From a virus (taxonomy: Duplodnaviria > Heunggongvirae > Uroviricota > Caudoviricetes): a stretch of DNA of 12,432 nt. Made by a program: the position numbers and the translations under genes. Every line of letters starts with the position of its first letter. The first letter of the stretch is position 1. Below, piece by piece: positions 7,636 through 12,432 of the stretch. The notes under the pieces were generated by a model. It was given only the letters and a program-made list of their open reading frames with translations, was not told where the DNA came from and did not search any database. The stretch is from IMG/VR virus record IMGVR_UViG_2909246061_000008, one strand, 5' to 3'.

Positions 7636-8235
7636 TCAGAATTTATAACCGACACCCATGATGAAACCGTCAGTGCGCCAGTCGCCACTGCCGGAGCCTT
7701 CATAAGCAATATCAATGGCCACGGATTCGGTCGGGTTAAACTGCACGCCAGCTCCCCACGCCAGAGACGTGTTGCTGTGGCGACCGTCATCACTTCCGGT
7801 CAGCACGTCGTGCGTTTTCCCCTTGTTGTCAGTTACGCGGAGATAATCCCCGGAGAAAGTCGACACACGGCTGTAAGCCACACCCGCCATCGCATACGCG
7901 CTGAACCATTCATTCACGCGCACAGACGGCCCCGCCATCACGCTGAACCAGCGGTTACGAACGGAATCTTCATGCCAGCGGGTATCGCTGTAACGGGTAA
8001 GCTGGCGATTCTTGTCTCCTGCATAGCTGAATGACGTCACTATCCCCAGTGTGTCCGTAAACTCATAACGGTATTTCACGTTAATCCCGTTCAGATCATC
8101 ACTGCCGGGAACGTTGGTCCGGGCATGAAGATACCCCGCGCTCAGCGTGGACTGATGTTCAGATGCCCATGCAGGCGCACCGGATACGGCCAGACAAATG
8201 GCTGCGGACAAAATGGCGGCATAAAGTTTACGCAT
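7636..8235 (-). CDS. lom: Lom-like outer membrane protein (Ail/Lom family)
   Basis: 199-aa ORF with a signal peptide ([24 protein letters not shown]) and the C-terminus ...[25 protein letters not shown] typical of Ail/Lom beta-barrels. A GAGAGG Shine-Dalgarno lies 6 nt upstream. Its position between the I fragment and stf mirrors lambda J-lom-stf order. Confidence 0.9.
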   Translation of the reverse strand: MRKLYAAILSAAICLAVSGAPAWASEHQSTLSAGYLHARTNVPGSDDLNGINVKYRYEFTDTLGIVTSFSYAGDKNRQLTRYSDTRWHEDSVRNRWFSVMAGPSVRVNEWFSAYAMAGVAYSRVSTFSGDYLRVTDNKGKTHDVLTGSDDGRHSNTSLAWGAGVQFNPTESVAIDIAYEGSGSGDWRTDGFIMGVGYKF

Positions 8236-8257
8236 AATTACCTCTCGCTTTTCTGCA

Positions 8258-8284
8258 ATAAAAAAGGCACCATTTCTGGTGCCC
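8258..8284 (-). terminator. Rho-independent terminator upstream of lom and downstream of the I fragment
   Basis: Stem GGCACC (8266-8271) pairs with GGTGCC (8278-8283) around a 6-nt loop. On the minus strand it is followed by TTTTTTATT (plus-strand A-run 8258-8265). Confidence 0.5.
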
Positions 8285-8304
8285 TTATATGGGTTATAAC
8301 AATT

Positions 8305-8697
8305 TCAACGAATACTGATGCCGGAAGCGACTTTTTTGGTCACAATCACCGTACAGTCGGTGATATTACCTGCCCACTGATTGCCTTTATGGAAAACCTT
8401 AAACTCCAGAGTGACGCTTCCCCTGCCACTCGGCATATCAATAATCGCACTGTAGCTACCGGGAAGACGGGCTGATAATTCATTTTCGCCTGCATCACGC
8501 CCGGCAATGCGCACCTGATACCAGCCCTCATTCACTTTCTGGCGAAACGACGGAAGCTGCGTGGCCAGCGCCCGGATGGCTTCGGCCCCCGTTTTCACAC
8601 GAAGGTCGATGCGGTGGCCAAATCGTTGTAAATCCCCGTAAAGGCAGATGCGTGCCATGCCCGGTGACGCCAGAGGGAGTGTGTGCGTCGCTGCCAT
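8305..8697 (-). CDS. Lambdoid tail assembly protein I, N-terminal ~80 aa joined to an unrelated ~50-aa C-terminus; J is absent
   Basis: The first ~80 residues (MAATHTLPLASPGMARICLYGDLQRFG...WYQVRIAGRD) match my recollection of lambda gpI, then the sequence diverges (AGENELSARLPGSY...VASGISIR). The ORF is 130 aa against ~223 expected. No J-sized ORF lies between it and lom. Confidence 0.65.
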   Translation of the reverse strand: MAATHTLPLASPGMARICLYGDLQRFGHRIDLRVKTGAEAIRALATQLPSFRQKVNEGWYQVRIAGRDAGENELSARLPGSYSAIIDMPSGRGSVTLEFKVFHKGNQWAGNITDCTVIVTKKVASGISIR

Positions 8698-9347
8698 TTG
8701 TCGGTATACCTCTCTCGTTTGCTCAGTTGTTCAGGAATATGGTGCAACAGCTCGCCGTCGCCGCAGTAAATGGCGGCATGATTCGGCACCGATGAACCAA
8801 AACAGCACAGCAGCACATCGCCCGGTTGTGCTGATGACAACGGCACCTGATACAGCCCTGTGGCCTCCAGATTATCCAGATAGAGATTCTGACCGTGACG
8901 CCACCAGTCATCCCCGCGATGAAAATCCGGCATCTCAATTCCCGCCAGATGGTAAGCATCCCGGAACAGCGTGTAACAGTCCGTCACCCCGTGCTCAAAG
9001 CGCCGCCCGGTGAGATGCGGCACACAGCGGAATTTATGAATCGCCCCCCGGCAGACCAGCCACCACGGCAAATCACTCTGCACCTGCAGCCGCCGGTCGG
9101 TCTCACTCAGCCAGGGCAGACCACCGGGGTGGCTGTGGACCAGCGCCACAATCTCACCCTGCATCTCTGCCCGCAGCCAGTCCTCCGGCGACATCCGGAA
9201 ATACTCCTCCGGCTCACCGGAGATATTCACGCAGGGAAAATATCTTTCCCCCTCCGGTGTTCTCACCACGAAGCCGCACGACTCCGCTGGCGCACATCGC
9301 CGGGCGTGCGCCAGAATCGCTGATTCTGTCTCTGTCATGGGATTCAC
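8595..9347 (-). CDS. Lambdoid tail assembly protein K (JAB/MPN + NlpC/P60 domains)
   Basis: HSHPGG (JAB-like) motif and a Cys/His pair (..DCYTLF.., ..PNHAAIY..) typical of NlpC/P60. Near-lambda-like by recollection. GTG at 9347 overlaps the L stop (GTGA); an alternative ATG lies at 9338. The 3' end overlaps the I start by ~100 nt, as in lambda. Confidence 0.85.
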   Translation of the reverse strand: MNPMTETESAILAHARRCAPAESCGFVVRTPEGERYFPCVNISGEPEEYFRMSPEDWLRAEMQGEIVALVHSHPGGLPWLSETDRRLQVQSDLPWWLVCRGAIHKFRCVPHLTGRRFEHGVTDCYTLFRDAYHLAGIEMPDFHRGDDWWRHGQNLYLDNLEATGLYQVPLSSAQPGDVLLCCFGSSVPNHAAIYCGDGELLHHIPEQLSKRERYTDKWQRRTHSLWRHRAWHASAFTGIYNDLATASTFV

Positions 9348-9718
9348 TGCGAAAGTTTGTTAATGGAAAGGAAGCCGCCAAAGTTGCCGACGTTATTGCG
9401 AAACTTACAGCCGCTCAGGCATTTGCTGCATTTATCCTTCGTGATATCGGACGTCGGCTGATCATATTCATCCGCGACCGCCGGACCGTGATAACCGCAC
9501 TCATCACCGCGATAGGTCCAGGTGCAGGTGTTGGCCAGCATGATACGTCCCGGAAAAACGGCACCGTCCGTTTCCGTCGGCGTGGACAGTACAAAAGAGG
9601 CACTCACCGCGCTCAGTTCGCTGCACTGCTCGATGCGCCAGCGGCTGATCACCTCCTGCTCCGGATCGGCGTCACTGTTTCCGTTGACGAAGTTCACCGC
9701 ATCCAGATACCGTCCTTT
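9344..9718 (-). pseudogene. Lambdoid minor tail protein L, 5'-truncated (C-terminal ~125 codons only)
   Basis: Translation (K)GRYLDAVNFVNGNSDADPEQEVISRWRIEQ...FGGFLSINKLSQ matches the C-terminal part of lambda L as I recall it. An in-frame stop at 9719-9721 cuts off the N-terminal half, and the similarity ends exactly where the inverted repeat begins. Confidence 0.7.
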
Positions 9719-9720
9719 TT

Positions 9721-9809
9721 ACAAAACAGAGAAGAGCATCACCGGACGACGGGCTCATAACCCAATCCATCCGGGCGGCAGTCACCGCAGGTGTTCTTCT
9801 CTGTTTTGT
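9721..9809. repeat. Perfect 15-bp inverted repeat (ACAAAACAGAGAAGA / TCTTCTCTGTTTTGT) flanking a 59-bp spacer
   Basis: Arms at 9721-9735 and 9795-9809, read directly. It abuts the L truncation point and lies ~50 bp upstream of the yfdP-like start. Confidence 0.8.
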
Positions 9810-9857
9810 GGAGAAACTAACCGACCTTGCAGGGTCGATATGATGAGGAGCAGCAAA

Positions 9858-10220
9858 ATGGCTAGCGAACGCAGTACTGATGTGCAGGCATTTATCGGGG
9901 AGCTGGACGGCGGCGTATTTGAAACCAAAATCGGCGCAGTTCTCAGTGAAGTCGCTTCCGGTGTGATGAACACGAAAACCAAAGGTAAGGTCTCGCTCAA
10001 CCTGGAAATCGAACCGTTTGATGAGAACCGAGTGAAAATCAAACACAAACTCTCATATGTTCGCCCGACTAACCGCGGGAAAATTTCCGAAGAAGACACC
10101 ACCGAAACGCCGATGTATGTCAATCGCGGTGGTCGCCTGACTATTCTGCAGGAAGACCAGGGACAGTTACTGACTCTTGCCGGTGAACCTGACGGAAAAC
10201 TCCGCGCAGCAGGTCGTTAA
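9858..10220 (+). CDS. yfdP: YfdP-like prophage protein (120 aa), function unknown
   Basis: ATG at 9858 is preceded by GAGGAG at a suitable spacing. Length and gene order (followed by yfdQ/R/S/T-like genes) match the E. coli CPS-53 block as I recall it. The ORF track's longer form (from 9522) runs through the inverted repeat and is unlikely to be real. Confidence 0.6.
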   Translation: MASERSTDVQAFIGELDGGVFETKIGAVLSEVASGVMNTKTKGKVSLNLEIEPFDENRVKIKHKLSYVRPTNRGKISEEDTTETPMYVNRGGRLTILQEDQGQLLTLAGEPDGKLRAAGR

Positions 10221-10285
10221 TATCGTTTTTAATTAACTGATTATTTATCTCATCACTGAATATCTTTATATAGTGAGGACTTATT

Positions 10286-11110
10286 ATGTCTCAGAACTTA
10301 GACGCAACCGCAATTAATCAAATCCATGCCCTTATTTCTGCTCAGGGTGTTAATGAAATTATCAGTAAGATTGGTGCCGATGCTGTGGCATTGCCTGAGA
10401 ATTTCCGCATTCATGATCTGGAAAAATTTAATTTAAATCGCTTCCGTTTCCGTGGTGCGCTTTCCACTGCCAGCATCGATGACTTTACCCGTTATTCTAA
10501 AGATCTTGCAGATGAAGGCACCCGCTGCTTTATCGATGCTGATAATATGCGTGCCGTCAGTGTGCTTAACCTGGGTACTATTGATGAACCAGGTCACGCA
10601 GATAACACCGCCACACTCAAACTGAAAAAGACAGCACCGTTCTCTGCTCTGTTGTCTGTTAACGGCGAGCGTAACTCCCAGAAGTCACTAGCAGAATGGA
10701 TTGAAGACTGGGCCGACTATCTTGTGGGCTTTGATGCTAATGGTGACGCTATTCAGGCAACAAAAGCGGCTGCGGCTGTCCGTAAAATCACGATTGAAGC
10801 AAACCAGACCGCTGATTTTGAAGATAATGACTTCAGCGGCAAACGCTCCCTGATGGAGTCTGTCGAAGCGAAGACCAAAGACATTATGCCAGTGGCATTT
10901 GAATTTAAATGCGTTCCGTTTGAAGGTCTGAAAGAACGTCCGTTTAAATTACGCCTCAGTATTATCACTGGCGATCGTCCTGTACTGGTTCTGCGCATTA
11001 TTCAGCTGGAGGCGGTGCAGGAAGAAATGGCTAACGAATTTCGTGATCTGCTTGTTGAGAAATTCAAGGACAGCAAAGTAGAAACCTTTATTGGTACTTT
11101 CACCGCCTGA
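10286..11110 (+). CDS. yfdQ: YfdQ-like protein (274 aa; DUF2303 family by recollection)
   Basis: Clean ORF with a GAGGA Shine-Dalgarno 6 nt upstream. The 274-aa length matches YfdQ, and its position in the yfdP-T-like block is consistent. Confidence 0.7.
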   Translation: MSQNLDATAINQIHALISAQGVNEIISKIGADAVALPENFRIHDLEKFNLNRFRFRGALSTASIDDFTRYSKDLADEGTRCFIDADNMRAVSVLNLGTIDEPGHADNTATLKLKKTAPFSALLSVNGERNSQKSLAEWIEDWADYLVGFDANGDAIQATKAAAAVRKITIEANQTADFEDNDFSGKRSLMESVEAKTKDIMPVAFEFKCVPFEGLKERPFKLRLSIITGDRPVLVLRIIQLEAVQEEMANEFRDLLVEKFKDSKVETFIGTFTA

Positions 11111-11122
11111 TTTCATTACTGC

Positions 11123-11144
11123 AAATGCCCCTGCGGGGGCATTT
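11123..11144 (+). terminator. Hairpin (possible intrinsic terminator or attenuator) between yfdQ and yfdR
   Basis: 9-bp stem AAATGCCCC (11123-11131) pairs with GGGGCATTT (11136-11144) around a 4-nt loop; the U-tract is short and embedded in the stem. Confidence 0.4.
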
Positions 11145-11237
11145 ATGGAAACGTAATTTACTCAATAATCGCCGGATGGTGAGGGATTCTTTTTGCCAGA
11201 ATTCAGCGCGGTGCAGCGCATATACGTGGAGAACAAA

Positions 11238-11774
11238 ATGTCATTTATTAAAACTTTTTCCGGGAAGCATTTTTATTATGACAGGATAAATAAAGACGAC
11301 ATCGATATTAACGATATCGCGGTTTCCCTTTCAAATATCTGTCGCTTTGCCGGTCATCTTTCGCACTTCTACAGCGTCGCCCAACATGCGGTTCTTTGCA
11401 GCCAGCTGGTGCCGCAGGAATTTGCTTTTGAAGCGTTAATGCATGATGCAACAGAAGCGTATTGCCAGGACATTCCCGCACCACTGAAACGCCTTCTTCC
11501 TGACTATAAACAAATGGAAGAAAAAATAGACGCCGTAATCCGTGAGAAATACGGGTTACCCCCAGTTATGAGTACGCCCGTGAAATATGCCGATCTCATC
11601 ATGCTGGCAACCGAACGCCGCGATCTCGGGCTTGATGATGGCTCTTTCTGGCCTGTACTGGAAGGTATCCCGGCAACAGAGATGTTCAACGTGATTCCAC
11701 TGGCACCGGGCCATGCCTACGGGATGTTTATGGAACGCTTTAACGAGTTATCGGAGTTACGCAAATGCGCATGA
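11238..11774 (+). CDS. yfdR: HD-domain phosphohydrolase, YfdR-like 5'-deoxynucleotidase (178 aa)
   Basis: HD-domain signature (H...H spacing then LMHDATEAY). ATG at 11238 is preceded by GGAG 7 nt upstream; the ORF track's longer form from 11193 lacks a good start context. Length matches YfdR. Confidence 0.8.
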   Translation: MSFIKTFSGKHFYYDRINKDDIDINDIAVSLSNICRFAGHLSHFYSVAQHAVLCSQLVPQEFAFEALMHDATEAYCQDIPAPLKRLLPDYKQMEEKIDAVIREKYGLPPVMSTPVKYADLIMLATERRDLGLDDGSFWPVLEGIPATEMFNVIPLAPGHAYGMFMERFNELSELRKCA

Positions 11775-12127
11775 ATATTTTCGAAATGGAAGGGTTTCTT
11801 CGTGGGAGATGTGTACCGCGAGATCTGAAAGTAAATGAAACAGATGCTGAATACCTGGTGCGTAAATTCGATGCGCTTGAAGCTAAATGTGCAGCACAGG
11901 AAAACAAAGTAATACCAGTGTCAACTGAACTGCCACCAGCAAATGAAAGTGTTTTGTTATTCGATGCTAACGGAGAAGGCTGGCTAATTGGCTGGCGTTC
12001 TCTCTGGTACACCTGGGGACAAAAAGAAACCGGAGAATGGCAGTGGACATTTCAGGTCGGGGACCTTGAAAACGTCAATATCACTCACTGGGCAGTAATG
12101 CCAAAAGCACCGGAGGCTGGAGCATAA
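11765..12127 (+). CDS. yfdS: YfdS-like protein (120 aa), function unknown
   Basis: ORF overlaps the yfdR 3' end by 10 nt, with GGAG upstream. Length and order match YfdS. Confidence 0.7.
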   Translation: MRMNIFEMEGFLRGRCVPRDLKVNETDAEYLVRKFDALEAKCAAQENKVIPVSTELPPANESVLLFDANGEGWLIGWRSLWYTWGQKETGEWQWTFQVGDLENVNITHWAVMPKAPEAGA

Positions 12128-12432
12128 TGACCACTTTTACCGACAAAGAACTGATTAAAGAAATTAAAGAGCGTATCAGCAGCCTTGACGTGCGAGACGA
12201 TATTGAGCGCCGTGCTTATGAAATCGCACTCCTATCTCTGGAAGTAGAACCAGATGAACGCGAAGCTTATGAATTATTCATGGAAAAGCGTTTCGGTGAC
12301 TTAGTAGATCGTCGGAGAGCAAAAAACGGCGATAACGAATACATGGCATGGGATATGACTCTCGGTTGGATCGTCTGGCAGCAACGAGCTGGTATCCATT
12401 TTTCAACAATGTCACAGCAAGAGGTGAAATAA
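12127..12432 (+). CDS. yfdT: YfdT-like protein (101 aa), function unknown
   Basis: Its start overlaps the yfdS stop by one nucleotide (TAATG), indicating translational coupling. A complete 101-aa ORF ends at the last base of the window. Confidence 0.7.
   Translation: MTTFTDKELIKEIKERISSLDVRDDIERRAYEIALLSLEVEPDEREAYELFMEKRFGDLVDRRRAKNGDNEYMAWDMTLGWIVWQQRAGIHFSTMSQQEVK

Noticed and set aside
9522-9857. N-terminal extension of the yfdP-like ORF (ORF track 9522-10220, 232 aa)
   Set aside because: The extension runs through the inverted repeat and the L-gene antisense region and has no RBS, whereas ATG 9858 has a GAGGAG Shine-Dalgarno and gives the expected 120-aa product.
8125-10123. Other shadow ORFs across the tail module and junction (8125-8475 +, 8346-8531 -, 8648-9013 +, 8723-8959 -, 8895-9323 +, 9257-9760 +, 9415-9603 -, 9672-10046 -, 9782-10123 -)
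   Set aside because: They overlap better-supported genes (I fragment, K, L, yfdP-like) in other frames or on the opposite strand.

Overview
This window is a mosaic of cryptic prophage and satellite remnants next to a host LysR-type regulator gene, and contains one unrecognised cargo gene that is the main candidate for a novel system. All calls rest on reading the sequence and ORF track and on recalled family knowledge; no searches or computations were run, and G+C values are eyeballed from sampled 60-nt stretches. Left to right: (1) the 3' end of a LysR-family regulator gene (1-411, +). (2) An AT-rich spacer, then two ~125-bp direct repeats (671-795, 852-975) carrying TGTTCACC/GGTGAACA octamers, which match the architecture of the phage P4 cis replication region (crr). 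(3) A minus-strand P4 alpha-like gene (1028-2674) that keeps TOPRIM remnant, SF3 helicase and C-terminal domain but has lost its primase N-terminus. (4) A ~3.4-kb low-G+C block (~2760-6167) encoding a single 1083-aa protein (2896-6147, -) that I cannot place in any family. (5) A decayed lambdoid tail module on the minus strand: stf N-terminal fragment, lom, a truncated/fused I, K, and a 5'-truncated L, with J absent. (6) A 15-bp perfect inverted repeat at the L truncation point. (7) A plus-strand yfdP-yfdQ-yfdR-yfdS-yfdT-like block. The 1083-aa gene has its own Shine-Dalgarno sequence, and its ATG overlaps the stop of the truncated stf (ATGA). It lacks a Walker A motif and looks helical rather than fibre-like, so a single-gene phage-defence or abortive-infection function is a hypothesis, not a demonstrated fact.
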